Positions 36,300 through 49,184 of a DNA stretch of 64,000 bases are shown here, one piece after another. This DNA comes from Malacoraja senta. Its lineage: Eukaryota. Location of the stretch: assembly GCA_038087875.1 (NCBI GenBank), contig CM075988.1, forward strand, positions 4,526,001 through 4,590,000, given 5' to 3'. The translations under genes and the position numbers were made by a program. Under the pieces are notes generated by a model that was not told where the DNA came from, searched no databases, and saw only the letters and a program-made list of their open reading frames with translations. Each line of letters begins with the position of its first letter. The stretch's first letter is position 1.

Positions 36300-39200
36300 C
36301 TCAGGGCAACAGTGCAGATGGAGCAGCTCATCACACAGAGCCTGACCCGACAGAAATATGTGGCAACTGGAGGGATGTGAAGACATTCATGTGGGGGACG
36401 AGGTGCTGGAGCTGGCCGATACATCCTGGTATAGGGCCATTGGGGGCCGTATCAGCGCAGGTATCCCAGGGGCCTGCAGCAGCACCTGTTTAGGGCTGCC
36501 TACGAATCGCCCTCTCTAAGGAGGGGAGCGCGAAAGGTCAGATGTAACTGACTTCAGATTCTAAAGATGTCCGTGGAACATACTGGAGCACATGTGTGCC
36601 GGCAGTGAACAGCGCTATCAGGGGGATATGAGAGACAGCCGCCGAATCTTCTATACAGGTAAGGTCTATTCAACAGTAAAAATCTGGGACGAAGCAAAAG
36701 CTGTCGGACCAATCAAGACCAAAGGTGGGCAAAGATTCATCGGTTCAGAACGCATCCCATGCCTTCATCGGCAGTCAGCGGTTCACTGAAGCTGGTGGCA
36801 GCATGACAGCTGGGCAGAGGTTCCACGCACCCTACCAGTCCTACTCAACAAGGTGGGTCTGGCACTTCCGAAACATGGGTAAATGGACTACTCACAAGTT
36901 GGTAATAGTTACACTTGTTTGTACAGCACACAAAGGATAAAGGCATTGTCATCTGCTTAGAGGCATCTAACCATGTAAAACTGCACAATACTAGCATGCC
37001 AAGCAAGTTTGGAATTAGGGCCAGAATTGTCGTTTTCAAGACAAGCTCAGAAATTGGGCCAGAGTTATCGTGCGAAGCACCCAGGGAATGATGGCAGGAG
37101 TGGCCTGTTCATTATGAAAAATTGAGAAAGTCGTTTAACTCGCATATGAACTTTCCAAATAGGAAACTTCTTTACTGACTAACAACGGATTCATAAGGGT
37201 CTCAAAGATCCATTCTATGCAGTTCCCATTACAGGGATCATCGGAGACATTGGAAATTATCAAAAGGCAATGATAACTGTACTAATAACAGTAAAACACT
37301 GCAAATTGGGATAAACTATTTCCCCAGGTTATTTAACTAATTAGTTAAATCGGTGTTTGGACTCAGAGTTCGAAAACACTTGTTATGTCTTGACTGGATG
37401 ATATTCTAACGCTATATTTTGTTAAAATCACCTGTTTCAGCCTCAAACTGTATTTGAGATATTGGCATCCATCCAGTTAACTTTAAGTTGTTACCAAATA
37501 GACTTGTTGGTCATTGGGATTTACCTTTAACTATTAATTGGCCGATGACTCCACCTTGTGGCACAAAATTGGAGTTAATAGAAACCTGTTATTAAGCTGA
37601 ATTCTATTCATCAAGAGTAATTGCCAATATGGTAGCTGTGATTCAGTAACAACCTCTCATATGACATGTAGGTCATTGTTAACAGGCTTATGCTATGACT
37701 AGCTGAAGCTACCTGAGTCACAGTGATGAACAAACAGTATTCAACATTGCTCCAGTAGTTTGGTCAGTCGAATTTCAGGTATTTTACAAACTGATGCTAA
37801 GGGCTCTAAGGTGGAAAGCTGCGAATGTCATGTCTAGTTTGGAGGTGGAGGAGATTTGCATGAGTTGCCAATTCTTCAGTTATTGGTATCAAATAGCTAT
37901 AGACACTAGATGCATCCCATAGGTAAAGGGCTATTGAGCGAATATACATAATCTACATGCTCAACTTCAAGTTGAGACAGTACGGTGGTGGCAGATGTTA
38001 GTCACATGGCAATCAAGTTAAAGTATCCTGTAATAATTTACCTAATCTCCTTTGCCACTGGTGTATTATCAAGTTCAGATCGATGACAACACAGAATTGG
38101 TGTTGGATCACAAAGTATTTATGAAAGTATGGTTCAATGAAACACCAAATATCGACATGTTGGTTTCATGCTTCTTCACTGATTACAAAAATATGTGGCA
38201 TAACAGTGTTGAGAGATACATTCTCGCTACAAGAAAGTGGAATGTTCTTTTATGTCTTCCTCCATTTTGCCTCATCAGTCGGGTCTTGAAATAAAGCCAG
38301 CAAGATCTCGCTTTAGTTTTTGTACTGTCTGACTGGCTATGCAGCCATGATTCTCGCTTCCATCAGGCATAATAATACACACATATACGGTTATTCTAAA
38401 AAACTAAAACTTTGCTGGTTCAAACTGTGGTTCAGGAAACCAGCCTCTGCATGATAAAATCAATTTGTTAACTTGCAGATTCTGAATAGACTGCCCTACG
38501 GCTCAGGTTGTCACATCAATCCAGGTATGTGCTCAATGCAGAGTGCAGCTATAGCACCAAAAAAGCAGTACTTTTCCTATTCAGGAGATGGGAAGCGGTT
38601 TTGTTTAATGTTAATGTTACATTTAATACGGTACAGATTACTGACGTTTTCCAGTTCATTCTTAAATGGTCTTCTGAGAATAATTGAGTTTAGGGCCATT
38701 AACTGTGCCAAACGTGTCTTCCCATCATATTAGCTGCAGCACACAGGACCCACTCTGTCGGGTTTCAACCCTGGATATCGAGTTTGTAAACGATATCTTT
38801 AACACAAGTTCTCCCAGTACAAGTATACGCAGTATGGGATATTGACATTGTGTTAATAATACTTCACCAGGGGCCAGCTACTTCCTTAGTCATGACACCA
38901 GTATCAGCACAACGAGTGCAGACATTGCAAAAGTTGCAGCTAGATAGGATGGAAGTGGCTGCAGATGCCATTACGTGTTACATTTCTGGTCTACACAAGC
39001 AGAGCAGACCAGGGGTGACAGGGTTTAAGATCATATTTCCAGCATACCCCACGGACTCACGTCTATGTGTGAGGGCACGTTTGCTATATTATATCAAGGC
39101 CACCAGAACCCTAAGAGGTGTGTACTCAGCATTGTTTATTAGCCAGGAACAACCACACAAGAAAAAGTCGGTTCAGACTATTTCAAGGTGGCTGAAGCTG

Positions 39201-39920
39201 ATTCTGGTTTATGCAGGTATTAACACTGACAATTTTACATTTCATTCCACCAGGGCGGCATCAACGTCAGCAGCCAGGGCAATGGACGTTCCCATCGGCC
39301 ATATCCTCGCGGCGATAGGATGGTCAAGTGAATTGATTTTCAAAACATTTTTTTACTATAGGCCGATTGCCCACCCGGGGCTATTTGCCCATCCTGTTTT
39401 GCGTCCACTTTAGCCTCCCCTGAGATAGAGGGGTTGCTATTGATTTTCTTTATTAACGTAAACCATTAATACGTTTAAATCAATGTCATGTGTAATGCAT
39501 TGTTGATTATTCACTCATCCTGAGTCAATCGATGCAGTGAGACACCGGGATTTGAATCTACGGCATGAAATCACAGAGCTTTGAACTCTTCACAGAATCA
39601 CTCACGTGACTCCAAAGTAAAATAGTAAGATTAAATGAGAACTTACCAGTTTCAAGTTTGATCTTTATTTTATGAGGAGTTACGATGAGGGATTACGTGC
39701 CCCCCGCTCCCAACCCTCATAAAAGTCATCTGGTAGTTCTAGTCTTCTCTAAGTCTTACCATGTTACTTCGACTGCTATTATCTGTGATTTCACACCGCT
39801 GCTTTGAAGATTGACACGCATGCGCGCTGGCGGGGCTTCTTCACGTAATCCCTCATCGTAACTCCTCATAAAATAAAGATCAAACTTCAAACTGGTAAGT
39901 TCTCGTTTAATCTTACTATT
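36300..39920 (+). mobile_element. Second DIRS1-like element, heavily decayed; left end not found
   Basis: Remnant RT (~37100-37540), MT (LPPFCLISRVL), YR ORF 38850-39413 (SAQRVQTL, HSTRAAST, GWS); ICR 39588-39699 and right extension 39842-39920. Confidence 0.85.
38850..39413 (+). pseudogene. DIRS tyrosine recombinase C-terminal part
   Basis: VSAQRVQTLQKL...KQSRPG...TISRWLK...FHSTRAASTSAA...GWSSELIFKTFFY. Confidence 0.85.
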
Positions 39921-40250
39921 ATATCTGATTCCACCACCTCATCTGGCAGTAGTTTCTAGGTATCAACAACTCTCTGTGTAAAAAGTTACCCTTAAATCCC
40001 TTTTAAAACCCCTTTCTCTCACGTTAAACCAATGCAGTCCTGTTTATAATACCTCTGTCAGGGAAGAAAGATTTTGACTAGCTATCCTATCAATACTTCT
40101 CGCAATCTTATATACTTCTATTAGCCCCTCAGTCTCCTTCTCTGCAGGGAAAACATGTCCAGCTTTCCAATCTCTGCCCATAACAACAACTCTTTAATTC
40201 AGGCACCACCCTGGTGAATCTCTTCTGCATTCTCTCTAACGTAACCACAT
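39921..40250 (-). mobile_element. Old CR1 3' fragment
   Basis: ccaccacctcatctggcag...ctctgtgtaaaaagttaccc matches CR1 3' region on - strand. Confidence 0.65.
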
Positions 40251-40313
40251 CTTTGAATTGCTGAGATGGTGGGGATTTCACTAAAGAGGTCCATTTTAAA
40301 GATATATTGTCCT

Positions 40314-40626
40314 TTAGTTTAGTTTAGTTTAGTTTAGAGATACAACGTGGAAACAGACCCTTCGGCCCATCGAGTCTGTGCCAACCAGCGGTCCCTGCAA
40401 TCTTACACAAACTTGGGACAATTTATAATTATACTATGCCTATTGCCCTACAAACCAGTAGGTACAATATTTTGAGTATGGGAGGAATCCGGGGAACCCT
40501 GGGAAAACACATGCAGTTCATGTGGAGAAAGTACAAACTCCGTGCAGCCAAGCACCAGTAGTCAGGATCAAACCTGAGTCTCTGGCGCTGTGAGGCAGCA
40601 ACACTACCGCTGCACCACTGTGCCGC
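40314..40626 (-). mobile_element. HE1-like V-SINE
   Basis: (TTTAG)n tail to head. Confidence 0.88.
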
Positions 40627-41489
40627 TTGGACTGTAGATGTTTGCAGGCTGGGTCCGATCAGCATTGCGAATGGCTTAGCACAGTAGTGCAGCTAGCAGA
40701 GCTGTTGGTGCGGAGTTTGCATGTTCTCTCTGTGATCCTACGGCTTTTCTGTGTGTTGCAACCTATAGACAAGTGGGTTCGTCGTTTAATTTGTCATTCT
40801 AAAATAGCCCAGATGATAACAATGTGAGAAGAATAGGAAATTAGTGGGGGAACAGAATGATAATGTCAGCCAGCATAGACTTAATGGGCCAAGATGGTCT
40901 CCTAGTCATAAAGAAATATGGCGCTTCAGAGAACTGTAATAGGAAAAGATGATTGATGTTATACTGTAAATATTATAATCATATATCACTGTTAGACAAT
41001 TCACTTATTCACATACATTGTTTAACAATTCTCAGAATGTTAACTAAAGCAATATCTTATGCAGCAGTTTACTGCTTTCAAAAAGTGGGAACATTGTAAT
41101 CATTTGAAACTTAAGCTATACAATAAAAGTCTAGAGATTCATTGGTGCATAACAAGACTTCTGAGCATTGTGCAAATCTATTTATTTTAAAACCTGATCT
41201 TTTGATTTCTCTGAGTGTCACACAGTTGACTAAATCTTTCTTGACACTCTGTGCACAGGCATTTCATGCACAGGGGCTGCTGAATAAGTGAATTGGCAGC
41301 AGGCGCATGTAATGCATGTTTTCACGTCTCCTGCGCAAACCAATGAGCATCATTGTGACCCCTGAGCCATGTCACTCATGCAGAGCAGGTAGCGACAACC
41401 CTGTGCAAGCTGCTCCTGCACTAATTTACAGAGACAGCCTTACCCGGCCCATGGTTCTTCAGTCCAAAGTAATAATTTTATTATGGAGT

Positions 41490-41770
41490 TTAGTTTAGTT
41501 TAAGTTAGTTTAGAGATGCACCGCGGAAACAGGCCCTTCGGCCCCAAATTCCTCGCCGACCAGCGATTCCCGTACATTAACACTATTCTACACACACTAG
41601 GGACAATTTACAATTATATCATGCCAATTAGCCTACAAACCTGTACGTCTTTGGACTGTTGTAGGAAACTGGAGCCCTTGGAGAAAACCAACGCAGGTCA
41701 CGGGAGAACGTACAAACTTCATAGACAGCACCCATAGTCGGGATCGATCCCGGGTCTCTGGCACTGTAAG
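41490..41770 (-). mobile_element. HE1-like V-SINE
   Basis: Tail, V-domain, B-box. Confidence 0.88.
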
Positions 41771-41939
41771 TATCTCTACTCTACTCTGAAGCAGCTGTGT
41801 TGCTGTGCCGCTACTGTAACATGGTCTCTCTCCATGACAACTGTATGCTTCATCAGGTAGAAAGGTCAGACCAGCTCACACTATTCCAGCTGTGTTCTAA
41901 CCAGAACCTGGTTCCTGCACACGTCCAGATGTTTAAGCA

Positions 41940-43945
41940 GGTCGAAAAAGTCCAAAGTCACCAACCTGAACGACTACCGCCCGGTTGCCCTAACTCCAAT
42001 CCCAATGAAGTGCTTCGAAAGGCTGGTCCTCTCCCATATCAAATCCAGCATCCCTGCCTCACTGGACTCCCATCAATTTGCATACAGGGCAAATAGATCA
42101 ACAGAGGATGCCATCTCTCTGGTTCTTCACACTGTCCTGACTCACCTGGACAGACAGGGCACGTATCTTCATTGACTATAGCTCTGCATTCAATACGGTC
42201 ATCCCCACCAAGCTCACCACCAAACTCCACCAGCTAGGCCTCAGCTCGCCGATATGCGATTGGATCCTGAACTTTCTGACGGAGCGACCGCAGGCAGTGA
42301 CACTGGGCCCGCACCTGTCCTCCACTATCACCCTGAGCACCGGCACACCACAGGGCTGTGTACTAAGCCCCATGCTCTACTCCCTCTTCACTCACGACTG
42401 TGTCCCTGCATTCGACACCAACATCATCGTGAAGTTTGCAGACGACACAACAGTGATTGGGCTGATCACCAACGGTGATGAAACAAAATACAGAGCGGAG
42501 GTGCAGAACCTGGCGGACTGGTGCGCTCATAACAACTTGTCACTAAACACCTCCAAGACCAAGGAGCTGATTATTGACTTCAGGAGGTCCCAATATGGAG
42601 AATACGCCCCAATCTCCATTTACGGGGAAAGTGTGGAGAGAGTGTCCATCTTTAAGTTTCTGGGCACTCACATTTCAGAGGACCTCACATGGTCCACCAA
42701 CACCGCTGCGCTGGTCAAGAAGGCACAGCAACGACTGTTCTTCCTGAGGACATTAAAAAAGACTGGTCTGCCCCAACAGCTGCTGACACCATTCTACCGC
42801 TGCACCGTTGTCGTTGGGGCCTAGCTCCGTGGAGCGGCCTCCGACCGGGACGACCTGGGGGCTCCAGTCGCGGAGCCTGTGGAGCTGCGGACTTACCATC
42901 GTGGGGCTGGCTGGCCTCGGAGCGTGAGGAGCGGTGGTGGCTCGCTGCTGCGGCCCGACTCCGGAGCTCCAGCTGCAGACCTGTGGACTATGATATCGGG
43001 AGCTCGCGGGTCCAGGTGAGAGACCGCTTTCTGGAGCTCCCGCAACGCAACTTCTCCCGCCCGTGTCACTGGGTTGGAACGACCCGGAGCGGGGCCGTAA
43101 ATCGCCCGGCGCGGCTTTAATGGCCGCGGGACATTCCAGCGCCCGCCGGAGGCTCCAACTTGGTGGCTTTTGGGCCGGAGCGAGGCCATACACCGCCCGG
43201 CGCGCCCTCAACGGCCATGGGACTTAACTTTGCCCGCCTGGGGCTTCAACATCGGGAGGAGAATGGGGAGTGCAGGGGAGAGAAAAGACTTTGCCTTCCA
43301 TCACAGTGAGGAGGAGATTCACTGTGATGGATGTTTTTCTGTGGATTGAATTGTTTGTGTGTCGTGTGGGAATTGTTTTGTTTGTATGGCTGTGGAAATG
43401 GAATTTTGTTTGAGCCTCTTTGAGGTTCAAATGGCAATAAATTCTAATCAATCAATCAATCAATCAATCAATATTAACGTATGGCATCTCTGTGTGGTAT
43501 CTCAGCTGCACGGAGGCGGAGAGGAGAGCTCTTCAGCGCGTCGTCCACAGAGCGCAGAGGATCATTGGGACAGAGCTACCAGCCTTGGAGGGCATCTCCC
43601 ACACACGGTGCCTCAGGAAGGCCGTCAGCATCCATAAGGACTCATCACACCCTTGTAACGGACTGTTTGAACTACTTCCCTCCGGCAGACGTTACAAGGT
43701 CTTCTACGCCTGAACCTCCAGACTCAGAAACAGCTTTATTCCAAGAGCTATAGTGGCTCTGAACCGGCCCTGCTGAGTGCCCCCCCACCAACCCCCCGGA
43801 CAGTCTCCCTCGGATGGTCACGTCACTCAGCTTGCTTATTTATTTATCTTACTTTTCTTGTACATCGCTGGAGCTGCATACTAAATCTCGTTGCATTGAC
43901 GTGCAATGACAATAAAAGATATTATTATTATTATATTATTATATT
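41940..43945 (+). mobile_element. Rex1/Babar LINE (RT to tail), interrupted at 42807-43470
   Basis: [72 protein letters not shown]; (ATT)n tail. Confidence 0.93.
42807..43470 (+). mobile_element. GC-rich non-autonomous retroposon inserted in Rex1/Babar
   Basis: Interrupts Rex ORF; 13-bp hairpin, AATAAA and (AATC)n tail. Confidence 0.7.
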
Positions 43946-43956
43946 ACTGCTTCTTT

Positions 43957-44640
43957 AGACTTTAGAATTTAGAGATACAGCATGGAAACAGGCCCTTCGG
44001 CCCTCCGGGTCTGCGCCGACCAGTGATCCCCATACGCTAGCACTATCCTACACACTAACAACAATTTACAATTTTATAGAAGCCAATTAACCTGCAAACC
44101 TTCATGTCTTCAGAGTGTGGTTGGAAACTGGAGCACCCAGAAACAACTCACGTGATCAAGGGGAGAACGTACAAACACCATACACTCAGCACCCGTAGTC
44201 AGTTTCAGTTTAGTTTATTGTCACGTGTACCAAGGTACAGTGAGGTATGATGAAAAGCTTTCACAGGATCAAACTCGGGTCTGTGGCGCTGTAAGGCGGC
44301 AACTCTACCGCTGTGTCACTGTTCCCAAGGAGAATGTGGCCAAAGCTGCAGCATAAACAGGAGCAGTGGTAGAGGTATTGCCATGCAGCGCCACAGACCC
44401 AGGTTCGATCCTGACTATGGGTGCTGCCTTTATGGATTGGTTTTCTCCAAGATCATAATTTTCCTTGCATACTGCAAAGACATACAGGTTTGTAGGCTAA
44501 TTGGGTTGGTATAAATGTATTAATGTGAAATTGGCCCTAGTGTGTGTAGGGTAGTGTTCATGTGCGGGGATCGCTGGTCGGTGCGGACTCGGTGGGCCAT
44601 AGGGACTGTTTCTGTGCTGCACCTCTAAACTAAACTAAAT
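43957..44640. mobile_element. Divergent pair of HE1-like V-SINEs (43957-44325 -, 44362-44640 +)
   Basis: Both show head, V-domain and tail. Confidence 0.88.
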
Positions 44641-44702
44641 GCGTTTAACAAAACCCAAATTAAAAAGATCAGTGCCTGTATTGTAAAAACAATGAGACAA
44701 AG

Positions 44703-46272
44703 ACAAATTCAAATAGAATTCAAAGAAAACACCTGTGTAAACCCAAAGAATTCGGCGAACTAACACTCCCCAATATCTTGTACTACTATTGGGCAGTGAA
44801 TATTAAAAATGTAATTCATTGGTTGGACAACTCTGCTCAACAAGTAGACTGGATAATAATGGAGAAAGAGGATTGTTCTCCTTTTAACATAGGAGCGATC
44901 CTTTTCTCCCCGATAAAACTGAACAATACAATATATAAGAAGAATCCAATAGTTCATAGTACAATACGAATTTGGAAGCAAATATAATTAACTCTCAAAT
45001 TAAGAAATCTATCGCTCCTCTCTCCAATAGTTAATAATCCGTCATTTAAACCATCTATTATTGATAAAACGTTTACCCATTGGGAAAGAATAGGAATCAA
45101 AACGCTTGGAGATATGTACGAAATGGGAAACCTTTTATCATTTCAACAACTACAATTAAAATACAACCTGAAAAGTAATCAATATTTCAGATACCTTCAA
45201 ATCCGAGATTACCAGAAACAACACACACAAGAATATCAAACCTTAACCTCATGAACAGAAGATAACCCACACAGTCACAGGGATGAAGGAATGAACAGAA
45301 ATGCAGAATCAAGTAATTTAATATCATATCATCATTTTAAACACAGAAATACCATCGACAGAAGCAATTAGAAGGGACTGGGAACAAGAATTATCTATAA
45401 AAATTCCGAAAGACAAATGGGAAAAATACTTGCTCGATTAATGTAAGACACAACTTAATTCAATTTAAAATTTTATATAGATTATATTACTCGAAAACCA
45501 AACTGAATACAATTTTTCTAAATGTCTCTCCCATCTGTGATAAATGCCTATCTCAAAACGTTACTATAGTACACTCTTTTGTCTCTTGCATAAAACTTCA
45601 AAAATTCTGCAATACATTTTTTGGAATTTTTACAAAACTATTTAAAATAAAATTGAAGCCCAATACAGAACTGATTATCTTCGGATCAATGGAAGACGGA
45701 TGTTAGCTGACTTCCTTTCAAAATGTCTACTTAATCATGGCTTAATAATGGCAAAAAAACCTTATACTTAAATTCTGGAAAAATGCACCCACACCGACGC
45801 TCAAAATGTGGATTTCAAACATGTCGGAAATGTTACACCTTGAAGATATGAGATTCCTCCTATCAGGCAAATCAGACCAATCTTAAAGATTTGGTCTCCA
45901 TTTATCGACTTATTACAAGCATGTGGTGCAACACAACCTTAGAAATTAATTGTGTCATAACCGGGTGAAGGGTGGGTAAAGATACAAAGGAGGCATATCC
46001 CATTCAATTGCTCTCTTTTTTTCCTTTTTCTCTTTCTCTCTGCTCTATTCTTTCTCTTTCTGTTTATTTCACATCACCTTCTTCTTTCCTTTTTCGAGCT
46101 ATATAATATTCTCTATCTATATATTTCTTGCTTTTCTTACACTTTTTTGTTTCTACTATTAAATTTAAAATAAGAAGTTGTACATGAAATATGTAATATG
46201 TTATTTATGTCTTATATTATTGTACATCACTTCTAATAAAAATATTTAAAAAATTAAAAAAAAAAAAAAAAA
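44703..46272 (+). mobile_element. L1-clade LINE, 5'-truncated
   Basis: YYWAVNIKN..HWLD...STIRIWKQI; pyrimidine-rich 3' UTR, AATAAA, poly(A) 46247-46272; ~30-bp imperfect TSD (ttaaaa.gatcagtgcc...aatgagacaaag). Confidence 0.9.
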
Positions 46273-46294
46273 GTTAAAAGGATCAGTGCCAATG

Positions 46295-46440
46295 AGACAA
46301 AGTGCTGGATTAACTCAGCGGGTCAGATAGCATCTCTGCATCACAAAGTGGTGGCTGAAGAGTGCCGATCCAATACATCGCATATCCATCTCCTCCAGGG
46401 ATGCTGCCTGACCCGATGAGTTACTCCAGCACTTTGAGCT
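46295..46440. mobile_element. Palindromic PLE pseudo-LTR element
   Basis: caaagtgctgga.taactca.cgggtcag ... ctgacccgatgagttactccagcactttg. Confidence 0.75.
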
Positions 46441-46754
46441 TTTTTCTATATGGTTATATCAGTCAGTTGCCGTTACACATGTAAACGGATCATCTTAAAT
46501 TTCCCAGAATGCTGTGAGGATCCAAATGATCAGTAATGATCAACAGATGGTGTGCTGAGGGCAATGTGGGAGGAGATATTAATGTTGGCACAAACACGGG
46601 GACGTTGGGATTTAACTGCAAAATACACAGTGCTGGAGGAACTCAATGGATAAAGCAACAACTGCAGAGGGAATCGACAGGCAATATTTCAGATGGAGAC
46701 CGCCTTCAGATTGATTGGAGTAGGGAGGATAAAAATGGAAATATGATGGAAATT

Positions 46755-47852
46755 TAAACTTTAGAGATGCAGAAACAGGGACTTCAGCCCACCGAGTCCG
46801 CGCTGAATAGCGATCACCCCGTACACTAGCACTATTCTACACACTGGGGACAATTTCCAATTTTACAGAAGGCAATTATCCTAAAACCGTACGTCTTTGG
46901 AGTGTGCGATGATGCCGGAGCACCCGGAGATAACCCACACGGTCACAGGGAGAACATACAGGTTCCACACAGGTAGCACCCGTAGTCAGGATCAAACCCG
47001 GGTCTCTGGCGCTGTAAGTCAGTAATTCTACCGCCACGCCACCGGGCCACCGTGCCGCCCTCTCAATGTCAGAGAATGATGTGTTGGATGCCGAGGCTCC
47101 AGGGGTGCAAGGTGAGTTCTAGGGGAACCCTATCCTGGTTCCATCTGAGGCGAGAAGGAATGAGTGCAGAACTACGGGATACAGAGGAGGCCCACGTGAG
47201 GGTTCCATCCACAACGGTGGGGTGGAAACCATCTTTACCAAAGATAATGGACATCTCGGATATCCTATAGTGGAAAGCCTCATTTTGGGAGCAGATTAGT
47301 TTAGTTTAGTTCACTTTAGAGTTACAGCGTGACAACCCACCAAATCCACACCGACCAGTGATCAGCCAGTACGCGAGCACTGTACTACACACAAGGAACA
47401 ATTTACAGAAGCCAATTAACCTACAAACCCGCATATCTTCATAATGTGGGAGGAAATCAGAGACCCTGGAGAAAACCTATATGGTCACAGGGAGAATGCA
47501 CAAACTCTGCACAGACAGCACATGTAGTCAGGATCAAACCCAGGTTTAAGTTCAGTTTAGAGATATAGCACGGAAATAGACCCTTTGGCCCACCGAGTCT
47601 GCACTGACCAGTGACCCTGCACACTTACAGTATCCTACACACACTAGGGACAGTTTACAACTATACCATGCCAATTAACCTGCAAACCTGTACGTCCTTG
47701 GAGTGTGGGAGGAAACTGAAGATTCTGGAGAAAACCCACACGGTCATTGCGAGAATGCACTAACTCCCTACCGACAGCTCGCGTAGTCAGGATTGGATCC
47801 AGATCTCTGGCGCTGTAAGGCAGAAACTCTACTGCTGCACCACTATACCGCC
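46755..47852 (-). mobile_element. Three HE1-like V-SINEs (46755-47060, 47297-47545, 47546-47852) around a PLE fragment (47061-47296)
   Basis: SINE motifs on - strand; PLE peptide NQDRVPLELTLHPWSLGIQHIIL. Confidence 0.85.
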
Positions 47853-48021
47853 CTTAATGGCGAAGAAGGATGTGTTGGATGCAGAGGCTCCATGGGTGCA
47901 AGGTGATTTCTAGGGGAACCCTTTCCTCGTTCCATCAGAGGGGAAGAGGAATGAGCACGGAAATGTGGGATACAGAGGAGGCCAAGGTGAGCACTCCATC
48001 CACAACAGTGGGGGAGATACC

Positions 48022-48275
48022 ATCTCCTAGACTGTGGAACAGCATCCCCCTTCCCATCAAAACTGCCCCCTCTATCGACTCCTTTAAGTCAAGACTAAAA
48101 ACGTATCTATACTCCCAAGCCTTTCTTGACGTCCTTTGAGCGAGGGCTATATGTATACATGTATGTAGTTTGTTTGTTTATACTATTCTTATAACAAATG
48201 TAAAGCACTTTGGTCAACGAGAGTTGTTTTTTAAATGTGGTATATAAATAAATGTGACGACTTGACTTGACTTGA
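48022..48275 (+). mobile_element. L2-clade LINE 3' end
   Basis: PRLWNSIP..IKTAPSIDSFKSRLKTYLYSQAF; gtaaagcactttgg...aaatgtg.tatataaataaa; (GACTT)n tail. Confidence 0.85.
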
Positions 48276-48600
48276 TCTACAACAAAGGTAATTAACATCT
48301 CGGATGTCCTAGAGTGGAAACTTTCATCTTAGGAGCAGATGATCCGCACTGAACAGGATCGAACCTGGGTCTCTGGCGCTGTAAGGCAACTCTACCATTG
48401 CATCACCGTGCCACCCTTGGCACCAATAGTTAGGATCGAACCCTGGACTCTGACATTGTAAGGCTACTGTGCCACTGTGCTGCCTTAGTGTGGCAGATGT
48501 GTGGGAGATGGAACAACTGAAAGTAAGAGAAGGCATTCCAGCAAGAGGGGAGGTGGGAGGAGGTGTAGTGAAGGTAATTGTGGGAATAAGTGGGTTTTAG

Positions 48601-49184
48601 AGGAGTCGTCATTAAATAGTCTGTTCCCGGTGATGGAGACAGAGAGATCAAGAAAGGGGAAAGAGGTGTCAGAGATTGTGTCTTTGTTCCCTCAACTAAC
48701 AGACTCCCACACCCAGTGGAACCTCTCCTTACCCTCAACAACTTCGCTTTTGACACCGCTCTTTCTTCATGTCAAAGATGTAGCCATGGACATTCACATG
48801 GGCCCTTGCTATGCCTGTCTTTTGGTTGCTTACATTGAACACTCATGGTTCCAAGAGTATTCCGGTCCAACTGCCCAACTCATTTCCCACCAAAAATAGA
48901 CACAAAATGCTGATGTAACTCAGCAGGACAGGTAGCATCTCTGGATAGAAGAAATGGGCGATGTTTTGGAGTGAGACCCTTCTTCAGAGTACACATTCTC
49001 CACCATATTGCTGACTGCCTCGGGACTGTCTTCAGAACTCATTGGTTTCATTTAATGCCCTGTCCCACTTGGCGATTTTTTCGGCGACTACCGGCATCAT
49101 TGATTGATGTATCAGGTCACTGAAACATCGCAGCGTGATGCGGCGGTGACGCACCATGTTGACGTATGACGCGCGATGTTTTTT
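48601..49184 (+). repeat. Left copy of ~580-bp direct duplication flanking L1
   Basis: Near-identical to 51384-51955. Confidence 0.95.
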
